From Aureliella sp. (GTDB lineage Bacteria > Planctomycetota > Planctomycetia > Pirellulales > Pirellulaceae), in NCBI GenBank assembly GCA_963691875.1, contig OY829846.1:960001-1024000 (forward strand): DNA of 64,000 bases, read 5' to 3'. The stretch's first letter is position 1. Each line of letters begins with the position of its first letter. This document shows positions 19,909-29,609 of the stretch, piece after piece. The notes below the pieces were generated by a model, which searched no databases, was not told the DNA's origin, and was given only the letters and a program-made list of their open reading frames with translations. Position numbers and translations under genes: made by a program.

Positions 19909-21462
19909 ATGTCGAATAAAAATGTAATCATTGTCGGGGCTGGCCCGGGTGGATTGGCCGCCGCAATGCAAATGGCCAAGGCAGGTGCGAAAGTCACCGT
20001 AGTCGAGAAGCAATCTTGGGTTGGCGGCCGCACTGCAACCTTTCAGCAACAAGGATATAAGTTCGACATCGGCCCTACGTTCTTTCTGTATCCCCGTGTG
20101 CTCAAGGAGATCTTTGAGTCCGTAGGACTAGACCTGATGCAGGAAGTGCCAATGAAGCGACTCGATCCTCAGTACCGCGTCAGTTTCGCTGCGGGTGGTA
20201 GGATCGACGCCACGCCGAACATCGAGGAGATGGAGAACCAAGTCGCAGCACTTTCGCCAGCAGATCGTGGCGCGGTGACTCGATACCTGACTGATAATCG
20301 AGAGAAGTTGAAGAAATTCCGCCCGATTTTGGAATCGCCCTTTAACTCAATGCGAGATCTGTTTCGTCTAAGCCTGCTGCAAGCAGCACCGAGCGTAAAG
20401 CCTTGGAAATCCTTGCACCAGGAACTCATGAGTTATTTCAAGGACCCGCGACTAGCAATCGCTTTTTCCTTCCAGTCTAAATATTTGGGGATGTCGCCAA
20501 TGCGCTGTCCCAGCTTGTTTTCCATCCTTTCATTCCTGGAATACGAGCATGGGGTTTATCACCCCTACGGCGGTTGCGGCCAAGTCAGTGCAAGGATGGC
20601 CGAACTCGCTGAATCGATGGGTGTCGAGATTCGCTTGAACCAAACTGTTACTGGCTTCGGCTTCGAAGGCAAGCGTGCACGTCGCGTTTACACGGAGGAC
20701 CGCGGCTACGATGCCGATGCAGTAATCATCAACGCCGATTTTGCTCAAGCGATGCATAAACTAGTTCCTAACCAGCTACGTAAGAAATGGACAAACGAAA
20801 AGATCGCGCAGAAGAAGTTTTCCTGCTCGACCTTCATGCTTTATCTCGGCATCCGTGGCAAGTACGAAGACTTGCCACACCACACGATTCATATTGCCGA
20901 TGACTATGAACGAAACCTGCAAGAGATTGAGCAAGATTTCTCATTGCCACAAGATCCAAGTTTCTACGTGCAGAACGCAAGTATTACGGACAGTAGCTTG
21001 GCTCCGAAAGGCGACAGCGCACTGTACGTGCTTGTACCCGTCCCACATGCTCATCAGAACATCGAGTGGAATGAGAAGACCTATTCCGCGTACCGCGATT
21101 TGACGCTCACTCAACTGGCCAAGGAAGGGCTAGGGGATATTCGGGACCGAATCGTGACGGAGCGGATGATTACGCCGCGAGTATGGGAGCAGGACTTTGG
21201 CCTATACCGCGGTGCAACCTTCAATATGGCCCACAACTTAGGGCAGATGCTCCACAAACGGCCGCACAATCGCTTCGAAGATCTTGATGGAGTCTATCTT
21301 GTTGGTGGGGGTACTCATCCTGGCAGCGGGCTGCCTGTGATCTACGAGTCTTCGCGAATCACGTGCAAGCAGTTGATTCCGGAGCTCGGTCTAGACAGCT
21401 CCTTCATGCACGATACGACACCCGAGACTTCGGCAGCCGATCTCGAGCCCTGCTTGGGCTAG
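19909..21462 (+). CDS. Phytoene desaturase family (CrtI/CrtN/CrtP-type) carotenoid oxidoreductase
   Basis: VIIVGAGPGGL..VVEK..GGR..FDIGPTF, FSCSTFMLYLG, DPSFYVQN, YVLVPVP, YLVGGGTHPGSGLP. ATG 19909 preferred. Confidence 0.9.
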   Translation: MSNKNVIIVGAGPGGLAAAMQMAKAGAKVTVVEKQSWVGGRTATFQQQGYKFDIGPTFFLYPRVLKEIFESVGLDLMQEVPMKRLDPQYRVSFAAGGRIDATPNIEEMENQVAALSPADRGAVTRYLTDNREKLKKFRPILESPFNSMRDLFRLSLLQAAPSVKPWKSLHQELMSYFKDPRLAIAFSFQSKYLGMSPMRCPSLFSILSFLEYEHGVYHPYGGCGQVSARMAELAESMGVEIRLNQTVTGFGFEGKRARRVYTEDRGYDADAVIINADFAQAMHKLVPNQLRKKWTNEKIAQKKFSCSTFMLYLGIRGKYEDLPHHTIHIADDYERNLQEIEQDFSLPQDPSFYVQNASITDSSLAPKGDSALYVLVPVPHAHQNIEWNEKTYSAYRDLTLTQLAKEGLGDIRDRIVTERMITPRVWEQDFGLYRGATFNMAHNLGQMLHKRPHNRFEDLDGVYLVGGGTHPGSGLPVIYESSRITCKQLIPELGLDSSFMHDTTPETSAADLEPCLG

Positions 21463-21694
21463 TCTCTATTTACAAATTACGCGCGGTAGGGCGATCATTA
21501 CAACAAGCATGAAACGCAAGCGCCTGACCTGTCCGCTAATGGGATTCGCCAAAATTCCGGAGTAATTCGCTCGGGCATCTCACTCCGCACCGCTTCATTC
21601 CAAGGACGACACGCTGCTCGTTATCTTGGGTATTCGCCGATCGTTCTACGATTGTAGCGTTCGTCGATGTCACCTTACCCGCGGAGCGCACGCG

Positions 21695-23281
21695 CTAATT
21701 CGGCTTTTTTTTCGGCTTCACGATTCGAGCGCCGGGCGCGGGAATCGACGTGGCAGTCTTAGGAAAGGGCATTTTGGCATCCACTTCTTCTCGCCACTGG
21801 TGCAACATCGACCGCAGGCGCCCAGCCACCTGGGGCAGTTCTTTCGATAGATCGTTTCTCTCGCCAATATCTTCATCCAAGTCAAACAGTTGGATCGTGT
21901 CGTTTTCATAATACTCCAGCAACTTGTATCGCCCCGAACGTACTGCTCCACCGGGACTTTGGAAGCCGTGATTGCTGTAGTGCGGAAAATGCCAGTAAAT
22001 CGGGCCACGCTCGTAAGCTTGCTCTTTCAATGCAGGCACGAAGCTACGTCCGTCAACATGCTGTCTGGGCAAAGCAGGGAGGTCAAGCATCTCAAGCAAC
22101 GTCGGATAATAGTCCGTACCAGTAACGACAGAATTTGATTTTGAATTCTCTCGAATCCTACCTGGCCAGTGAACAATGAGTGGTACTCGAATACCGCCTT
22201 CATAATTCCAGCCTTTAGCACCACGGAGCGGCAAGTTCGAACTTGAGTAACGTGTGTCGAGCACTTCTCGCGAATGATTGATTCCACGATACTGATTCGA
22301 GGCAGCCATCCCGCCGTTATCAGAGGTAAAGATGATGATGGTGTTGTCCGATAGACCAAGCTCCTTCAGTTTTCCTCGAATTCGCGCAAGACTCTGATCG
22401 GTGGCTTCAACCATTCCAGCAAACTCGACGTTGTCTTGCTTCTGCTTGACCCACCAAACTCGTCGCTTCTGATGTACATCGCTGCTATCGTTATCGGCAA
22501 GCCTGTCAAGCTCAGCTCTTGTAAGTGGCGGACCATCCGGATTCGGCTCGAGAATGAAATCGGGGCCTTCCGACTTGGGCATACGCTCCAGCTTTTTCTG
22601 ATACTTCTCCACTAAGTCTTTACGGCCTTGAATAGGATCGTGGACCGAGAAGTGCTCCATGTGAACGAAGAAGGGCCGATCTTTGTTTCGTTCGATGAAA
22701 TCGATCGCTGCGTCCGTCAACTTGTCGGTGAAGTAATCACCTTCTTTGGCAGGCAACGACTCCGAATAGGCGGGCGAGAAAGGATGGTAGTAGGAACGTA
22801 CCCAGCCAGTGATTGCCTCGTCAAATCCATAGGTCTTGGGATCTCTATTTAAATGAGCTTTGCCATAATTGGCCGTTGCATATCCATGGGCATGCAGGGT
22901 CTCTGCGAGTGTTTGCTCTTCTTCGGGTAGGGCCGTAAGCTTCTCGCCGTGGTGCAGAAGTTCGTATTCCCGTTCGGGTCTACCCCCCAACCATTCCGTA
23001 AGATTGGTTCTCGCCGGGTATTTTCCGGTCAGAATACTCGCGCGGCTTGGAGAGCAGACGTGGCAAGTCGAATAGGCGTTTGTGAACAGCATGCCTTCTC
23101 TTGCGAGCTGATCGATGGCTGGAGTCTCGTAGAATTGACTGCCATAGCAAGCCACGTCTTGCTGACCAAGATCATCGACAAGGAAGAATATCAAATTTGG
23201 CCGTTCTGCGGCTCGTGATGGTATGCAACATAGCAGAAGACTGAAAAGCAGAAGGGAGCGAGATGGTTTCAGGGCGTTCAT
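21695..23281 (-). CDS. Cys-type formylglycine sulfatase
   Basis: RPNLIFFLVDDLG, CSPSRASILTG, GKAHL, FTSDNGG, YEGGIRVPLIV, LFDLDEDIGE. Signal peptide from ATG 23281. Confidence 0.95.
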   Translation of the reverse strand: MNALKPSRSLLLFSLLLCCIPSRAAERPNLIFFLVDDLGQQDVACYGSQFYETPAIDQLAREGMLFTNAYSTCHVCSPSRASILTGKYPARTNLTEWLGGRPEREYELLHHGEKLTALPEEEQTLAETLHAHGYATANYGKAHLNRDPKTYGFDEAITGWVRSYYHPFSPAYSESLPAKEGDYFTDKLTDAAIDFIERNKDRPFFVHMEHFSVHDPIQGRKDLVEKYQKKLERMPKSEGPDFILEPNPDGPPLTRAELDRLADNDSSDVHQKRRVWWVKQKQDNVEFAGMVEATDQSLARIRGKLKELGLSDNTIIIFTSDNGGMAASNQYRGINHSREVLDTRYSSSNLPLRGAKGWNYEGGIRVPLIVHWPGRIRENSKSNSVVTGTDYYPTLLEMLDLPALPRQHVDGRSFVPALKEQAYERGPIYWHFPHYSNHGFQSPGGAVRSGRYKLLEYYENDTIQLFDLDEDIGERNDLSKELPQVAGRLRSMLHQWREEVDAKMPFPKTATSIPAPGARIVKPKKKPN

Positions 23282-23669
23282 ACTCTTGTGCGCTGTCGGG
23301 TGAGCGAGCTCGGTGAAACGAGCAAAGGGCGAGGCGGGGATGCGAGCCCCAAGGTGCAGGGACGCATTGTACCTCCTCGCAGGCCTAACTGGGAACAAGT
23401 CAGACAATCGAAAGATCTAAAAGCAGCAAGCGCCGGTATCTGAGTCGCCTAGCTTCGGCATTTAGGAAGCTCGTCAACGCCCCGTGACTATATATTGCAT
23501 CAGTGACCCGCACGCCGTGAAGCGGCTTTTCGCGAGAAAGCGGCATCTTTCACGGCAATTCCGCACTACCGTGGGACCAAGCACCCGAGCTTAGCCTGCT
23601 AACGCCAAAGATCGCGCTAGCAATGGAGTCAGCTTGTACGTCCGAAAGGCAAGACGGCGTTCAAAAACA

Positions 23670-25802
23670 TTACTGACCGGGGAGCCAGAGTTTGCTATCA
23701 CCGTCCGATGAAGAACTTTGATCAGAACTGCCAGGCAAGACGAGACCTTCATCAGAAGCTGGGGAACGCTGAGCTCCGTTCATCATCATTTTCGCAGCCA
23801 AGTCATCACCACCGCCACCAGGTGCAGGAACGCCTTGCTGCTGCATGGCATACTGAATAAAGCTCATCAAGTAAGGATCTTCTGGATACTTCTGAACGCC
23901 TTCTTGGAGAACCGCTCGAGCTTCTTGTTCTCTACCAGCAGCCTGCAGCAGGCTCATGCGTTGAATAACGATTCTGCCAACGGGAGAATTTGCCGCTGCC
24001 AGGGTGGATTCCAACTCCTCACAAATCGCGATCCGTTCATCGACGCTTGGCAAGATGCTCAACAGTCCAGACATCGCTGCGACTTGGAGCTGCACTTGCC
24101 CTTTGAGAGAGTCTCGTGTGCGGAACTCAACCGCAGAATGATAGAAAGCACGACTGGCTCCCAATCCCATCGCTCTTATCATTAAGCCCTGAAGCTGCGC
24201 ATCGTTGAGTTCAGTCTTCGGAATCCGATCCATGTCGAGCGGAGTGGCAAGACGTAAGTTTTCATCCTTGGTATCAAACTCTACGGTTGGCCGATCGAGC
24301 TTAAGGCGCTTGTAAATATTATCAAAAACTTCAGCTCTGACGACGATGTTTTGCTCACCTTCCAAATGATAGAGCAGTCCGAGCAGATTGCCGCGCAGCC
24401 TCTCTTCACTGGCTGCTTCACCCGGAGTCTTATCATCCAACGCAGCAATTGGCATATTCAAAAAATCTTCAATAAGGCGGTCCCCGCGTTCTTCGATCGT
24501 CAGCTGCGAGGAAGGATCTCCAATTAGCAAATGGGGACGATTTAGGAACTCGCCGTACACACTATTCAGTGGCAAGTCAGATTCAACTGGAGCGCCAAGC
24601 TGGAGCGCAGCCAAAACCTGTTCCGCCTTCTCTCTATGTTTCGGCAAGTCGTTCGCAACGCATAGCACGCGAACAGGTTTGTCAGTCTGCTTGCCGTAAA
24701 GCACGACGGTTGCGATCACCGAACTGTAGACTCGTTCACCTTCAGCGACATCGACAGAAAGATCTTTGTCAAACACGCTAAAGATGCGTTTTGCTGGAAC
24801 TTCATCGCCGACCAAGGCTGCGTAGTAGCGTCGCACATCCTCCAACGCTGGGCCATCAGAAGTGTCGACAAAGTTAAGAGCCGTCATTTCCTGTTGAATG
24901 CGGTCTTCCGAATCCACCTCGCAGAAATTTACGCTGATCTTCGTCTGCAGAGACTTCGAATCTGGTTCAATTTCAAAGGCAACGGCGCGGAAGTAATTCC
25001 GTTCCTCTGGGCTGATGTCGAGCGACTCGCTTAGCTGAAGGGCTGTCTTGTGGGCGTTTGCCTGATCCAGAAGTGCCAACTGAGCTCGTAGCAAATGGCT
25101 AAGCGGAGTTGCTTGTTCCGGAAAGTCGCGCAGAATCGCCTTCAGCTTGGTCTCGGCTTGCGCGTAGCGGAAGGTCTTTGTGAGTGAAACAACCTCTGCC
25201 AATCGCTCGCCCCATTCGGCACCTGCGGGGACATCGACCAGTTTCACGGGAGTCTTGGCAAGCAGGTTGATTTGAGGATCGACACTTGGCGAATCATTCT
25301 CAGGTTGCTCAGTGAGAGCCCCCATTATTTCGCTCCAAAAACCAACCATGCTCATCATGCCATTAACGGCCATCGACTGAATCAATAGCCGAATTGCCAT
25401 CACGGCAAGGGCGTGGACTGTCTCACGGCTCTCGGCCAGCCCTTCCAACAAGTAACGTGCGACTTCTGATGGTTTCGAGTCTTCGTCAGTCGCGAGCGCA
25501 ATCGACTTCATGACCAAGCCAAGTGGGTTGTCCGGCTTCAGCTTATTAAAGCGATTGGCTGTCTCTCGGAAGCTCTCAATCTCTTGCATTCCGAGCGTGA
25601 GTTCACCTTTGATGGCCAGCAGCCAAGCGGCGTTGGGAGTTTTCTCCAGAAGTTGATTGATTCGATCGAGCGCCGCTAAATGCTGGTCGCCATCGATCAA
25701 CTTGACAATCTTCTCAAACTCCTGAGGCTGATCCATGCACTTGCAGAACTTGAGTTTCTTGCCATTACCGCAGGGGCATGGGGCGTAGTGGTCAACTGTC
25801 AT
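23670..25802 (-). CDS. SEC-C (zinc-binding) motif protein with TPR-like helical body
   Basis: N-terminal CPCGNGKKLKFCKC. Helical repeats. C-terminal LVLPG..KLWLPG tail. Confidence 0.7.
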   Translation of the reverse strand: MTVDHYAPCPCGNGKKLKFCKCMDQPQEFEKIVKLIDGDQHLAALDRINQLLEKTPNAAWLLAIKGELTLGMQEIESFRETANRFNKLKPDNPLGLVMKSIALATDEDSKPSEVARYLLEGLAESRETVHALAVMAIRLLIQSMAVNGMMSMVGFWSEIMGALTEQPENDSPSVDPQINLLAKTPVKLVDVPAGAEWGERLAEVVSLTKTFRYAQAETKLKAILRDFPEQATPLSHLLRAQLALLDQANAHKTALQLSESLDISPEERNYFRAVAFEIEPDSKSLQTKISVNFCEVDSEDRIQQEMTALNFVDTSDGPALEDVRRYYAALVGDEVPAKRIFSVFDKDLSVDVAEGERVYSSVIATVVLYGKQTDKPVRVLCVANDLPKHREKAEQVLAALQLGAPVESDLPLNSVYGEFLNRPHLLIGDPSSQLTIEERGDRLIEDFLNMPIAALDDKTPGEAASEERLRGNLLGLLYHLEGEQNIVVRAEVFDNIYKRLKLDRPTVEFDTKDENLRLATPLDMDRIPKTELNDAQLQGLMIRAMGLGASRAFYHSAVEFRTRDSLKGQVQLQVAAMSGLLSILPSVDERIAICEELESTLAAANSPVGRIVIQRMSLLQAAGREQEARAVLQEGVQKYPEDPYLMSFIQYAMQQQGVPAPGGGGDDLAAKMMMNGAQRSPASDEGLVLPGSSDQSSSSDGDSKLWLPGQ

Positions 25803-26555
25803 CGGAGCATCTTTTTTGGAATCGCAATGGATAGACCACGAGGCAATCAAGTCCTTGGTCACGTCATCCCAATTCTAACAAAGAAGTCTTTCGCTGGCGA
25901 CGGTAGCCAGTGTTCTGAAAAGAGCCAAGCAGAGTTCCACTCATCGGAACGGTCGCCTTCTACTTTGCATAGACGATCAATGCCTTCAATGGAAAGAACC
26001 GCGATAACATGAAAGCTTCATTTACTTAAGTTGGAGGATCACCAGGTCGCGGGCAGCCGATTTCTTTGGCGATCTGGACACTCATTCAACACCATACCGA
26101 GTTGGAAACTTTGAGTCAGAAAACTATGGGATCCAGCTGACTCAATTTGCTCGAGCGACGGGTCAAGTTCTTTCATTTCCAGTCCAAGTTGAAGCCCAGG
26201 TATCCGGTAAAAATGCGTGCCGAATAGGAGCTGTGTGAAATTGCTTGTCCGGGTGAATGAAGGCAGCCGGAAGCATGCAATCAAATGACCGGCAAACCAT
26301 GGTAGACACTTGAAGCAATGGGTATTATCGGCAAAATTCTACGTTTCAGCTGCGTCGGCTTTCCCCACCCGACCCTGAAAATCGTCATGATCGATTTTGG
26401 CCCCGAGTTGCAACAGCAGCCATTCAAGCCATTGCGGCAACGAAAACGGAAAAGACGGTGCGGCAAAGCTAGGTATAGGTATTCAAGACCGATCCCTGGG
26501 TACCACTCCTTCCATAGGTGTTCCCATTTCTTCTTTCATAATTTGAGGATTGTCC

Positions 26556-29495
26556 ATGTCACGCAGTCGACTGGCGATGATGGCACTGCTTGCTGCTAGC
26601 GCTGTCACCCATCTGATTTCTTCCGCGGCTGAAGCCGCAGACTACGCTCCATTCGATCAGGTGGTAAAAGGCTACACCAAGCTTGAACCACCGCGGGAGC
26701 AAGCAGACAAACCCGTTCGCCCTATGTACGGCGTGTACGTGAAACCCAAGGAAGGTCAAGTTCTCCTTGAGATCCCCAAGACTGCATTGGCCAAGAAGTA
26801 TTTCATCGGACTAACTGTCGCAAGCGGCCAAGTCTTTGCTGGGCTGCAAGCTGGCGATTACTACGTGCAGTGGCGCCAGTACAACAAACGTCTCGCTCTC
26901 ATTGCGCCAAACACCAACATACGCTCGGGCGGTGATACAGAATCCAAAGATTCTGTCAGAAGACTGTTTACCGGTCGAGTGTTGGTTGATCTACCAATCA
27001 TCTCCGTCTCGCCAAGTGGAGGCTTTGTTGTAGATGGCGACGCGTTGCTCATCGGAAACGCTTCAGTCTTTTTTGGCGCAGACGGCCGCAGTCGTAATCC
27101 TGGATTGGCGAAAATCGTGAAGTCCAAGGTTTTCCCTCAGAACATCGAGATGGCCTTCGAGCTGCCAAATACTTCGGGCAATCTACAAACACTTTACTAC
27201 TCAATAAGTGAAATCCCGGCTTCGACCGGATACGCGCCACGCAAAGCCGATCAACGCATCGGATACTTCACAACTTCGTACGAAGATTATGGCAAGTACA
27301 AAGAAAATGAAGTTGCAATCAACTACATCAATCGTTGGCACTTGCAGAAGCGTGATCCGAGTTTGAAGGTATCGCCACCAGTTAAGCCTATCACCTTCTA
27401 CCTCGAACACACCACTCCCGTTCGCTACCGCCGTTGGGTGAAAGCAGGCGTTGAATACTGGAACGAAGCTTTCGAAGCCGTAGGTATCTCGGATGCAATC
27501 GTAGTTCACTACCAGGATAAAGCTACTGGCCAGAACATGGATAAGGATCCGGAGGACGTCCGCTACAACTTCATCCGCTGGCTAAACAATGACGTCTCAA
27601 CTGCGATCGGTCCAAGCCGTGTTCATCCTGAAACAGGACAGATTCTCGATGCCGACATCGTTCTAACGGACGGTTGGATTCGTTACTTCAATGAAAGCTT
27701 CCAGGACTACATGCCTTTGGTTGCTATGCAGGGCATGAATGCCGAGTCGCTGGCATGGTTAGCTCAACATCCAAACTGGGATCCAAGAATCCGCTTTGCT
27801 GAGCCGTCGCAAAGAGCACACATTGGCAGCAAGATTCGCTCGCAGCTCACTCAGCCCCATGCCGGCCATGCGGCTGCTCAATGGAGCACTCCGCTGCTGG
27901 GCGATGATCCGCTCGACGGATTGGTTGGACGCACGAGCCAGGTCAACGGAATGTGCCTGGCAGCGACCGGTCGACGCATTGACACTGCGGTAATGCGTAT
28001 GCTTCTTTCTATGGGGCCAGAAGCACTAATCGGCGAAGACGATACCGACGAGTCCAACAAGAAGAAAAAGTCGAAGGAAGAAACCAAAGACGAGGACGAC
28101 GCCAAGGAAGATAAGGAAGAAGGCGACAAGGATAGGGATCAGAAGATGGAAGAGCCGGAAAAACCAGCTGCACCTGAAGAGCCAAAGTTAGATGGCATGC
28201 CGGAGTCCTTTATCGGACCGCTGCTTGCAGACTTAGTTGCTCACGAAGTAGGTCACACTCTTGGATTGCGACACAACTTCAAGGCAAGCTCGATCTACAC
28301 GTTGGCAGAAATCAATAGCGGTGAATTGAAGGGTAAAAAAGCCTTTGCAGGCTCCGTTATGGACTACTTGCCGATCAACTTGCGTTTGAAAGAAGGTAAA
28401 GTCCAAGGCGACTATGCGATGATCAAGTTAGGCCCGTATGACATGTGGGCGATCCAATACGGCTACGGATTTGAGAAAGATCAATCCAAGATTCTCAATC
28501 GCGTGAGTGAGGCACAACTCCAGTTCGCCACTGACGAGGACACTCTTGGACCTGACCCATTGGCACGCCGTTATGATTTCAGCAAGAACCCCTTGGATTA
28601 TGCCCAGGAGCAGAAACTGCTCATCGAACGTTTCCGCAAACGCCTCATGACCGAATACGTGAAAGATGGCGACAGCTGGACCAAGGCGCGTGAGGGCTAC
28701 GAACTGACTCTGAATATGCAGATGAAGGTGACCAGCATGATGTCCAACTGGATCGGCGGTGCCTTTATCAACCGCGATAAGAAGGGCGATCCGAACGGTC
28801 GCCTTCCTGTTCAGGTTGTGCCCGCAAAGACGCAGCGTGATGCACTGAACTTTGTCATTGAATCTACTTTCCGCGACGAAGCGTACGCGCTGTCACCTGA
28901 ATTACTCGCACGCCTAACTAAAGACTTCTTTGCCGGATTCGGTTCAGAACCAACTTGGCCGGTGCATGACAATATCTTGTCTATGCAAGCCAGTACTTTG
29001 ACGCAGCTGATGAATAGTACCACTTTGCGTCGCGTCTATGACAACGAGTTCATGACGCCAGCAGACCAAGACGCTCTCACTTTGCCAGAGTTGCTAGATA
29101 GTATCACTTCGGAAATCTGGAGCGAATTGGATGTCGAGCGGGAAGGCAAATTCACAACTCGGAAGCCAATGATTTCCAGCCTGCGACGCAATTTGCAACG
29201 GGAACACATGGAGCGACTGATCGACCTGATGCTCTCTGACAACGGAAGTTCAGCGGCTTATAAGGCGATTGCTAACTTGTGCACTATGCAACTTCGCCAG
29301 CTCAAGAGCAAGCTTGAAAAAGCCGTAACCCCAAAGAACAAGCTTGATCCTTACTCTCGAGCTCACTTGTACGAAGCTGCGCAATTGATCGGCAAAGCTC
29401 TCGATGCAGACTTCGTCTACAACCAGGCTCCTGCTGCGGGTGGTCTTAATATCATGAGCCTACTTGGTGAAGAAGCCGAAGAATCCGAGAAGTAG
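26556..29495 (+). CDS. Zinc-dependent metalloprotease (EcxA-like, DUF5117/DUF4953 type)
   Basis: Signal peptide. PR.ADQRIGYF, YINRWHL, WNEAFEAVG, DPEDVRYNFIRW. HEVGHTLGLRHNF zinc motif and SVMDY Met-turn. Confidence 0.92.
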   Translation: MSRSRLAMMALLAASAVTHLISSAAEAADYAPFDQVVKGYTKLEPPREQADKPVRPMYGVYVKPKEGQVLLEIPKTALAKKYFIGLTVASGQVFAGLQAGDYYVQWRQYNKRLALIAPNTNIRSGGDTESKDSVRRLFTGRVLVDLPIISVSPSGGFVVDGDALLIGNASVFFGADGRSRNPGLAKIVKSKVFPQNIEMAFELPNTSGNLQTLYYSISEIPASTGYAPRKADQRIGYFTTSYEDYGKYKENEVAINYINRWHLQKRDPSLKVSPPVKPITFYLEHTTPVRYRRWVKAGVEYWNEAFEAVGISDAIVVHYQDKATGQNMDKDPEDVRYNFIRWLNNDVSTAIGPSRVHPETGQILDADIVLTDGWIRYFNESFQDYMPLVAMQGMNAESLAWLAQHPNWDPRIRFAEPSQRAHIGSKIRSQLTQPHAGHAAAQWSTPLLGDDPLDGLVGRTSQVNGMCLAATGRRIDTAVMRMLLSMGPEALIGEDDTDESNKKKKSKEETKDEDDAKEDKEEGDKDRDQKMEEPEKPAAPEEPKLDGMPESFIGPLLADLVAHEVGHTLGLRHNFKASSIYTLAEINSGELKGKKAFAGSVMDYLPINLRLKEGKVQGDYAMIKLGPYDMWAIQYGYGFEKDQSKILNRVSEAQLQFATDEDTLGPDPLARRYDFSKNPLDYAQEQKLLIERFRKRLMTEYVKDGDSWTKAREGYELTLNMQMKVTSMMSNWIGGAFINRDKKGDPNGRLPVQVVPAKTQRDALNFVIESTFRDEAYALSPELLARLTKDFFAGFGSEPTWPVHDNILSMQASTLTQLMNSTTLRRVYDNEFMTPADQDALTLPELLDSITSEIWSELDVEREGKFTTRKPMISSLRRNLQREHMERLIDLMLSDNGSSAAYKAIANLCTMQLRQLKSKLEKAVTPKNKLDPYSRAHLYEAAQLIGKALDADFVYNQAPAAGGLNIMSLLGEEAEESEK

Positions 29496-29524
29496 ATTTC
29501 GATTCTTCACTGAATGGTAAAATC

Positions 29525-29553
29525 AAAAGGCGAGAGGTAACTCTCGCCTTTTT
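29525..29553. terminator. Bidirectional intrinsic terminator
   Basis: AAAAGGCGAGAG-GTAA-CTCTCGCCTTTTT: perfect 12-bp stem, GNRA loop, A/T runs on both sides, between convergent genes. Confidence 0.9.
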
Positions 29554-29609
29554 CTTTGGGCTCAAATACTCACGCTCTAGACCTAGGAGTCAAACCTGCG
29601 ATTGCGGCG

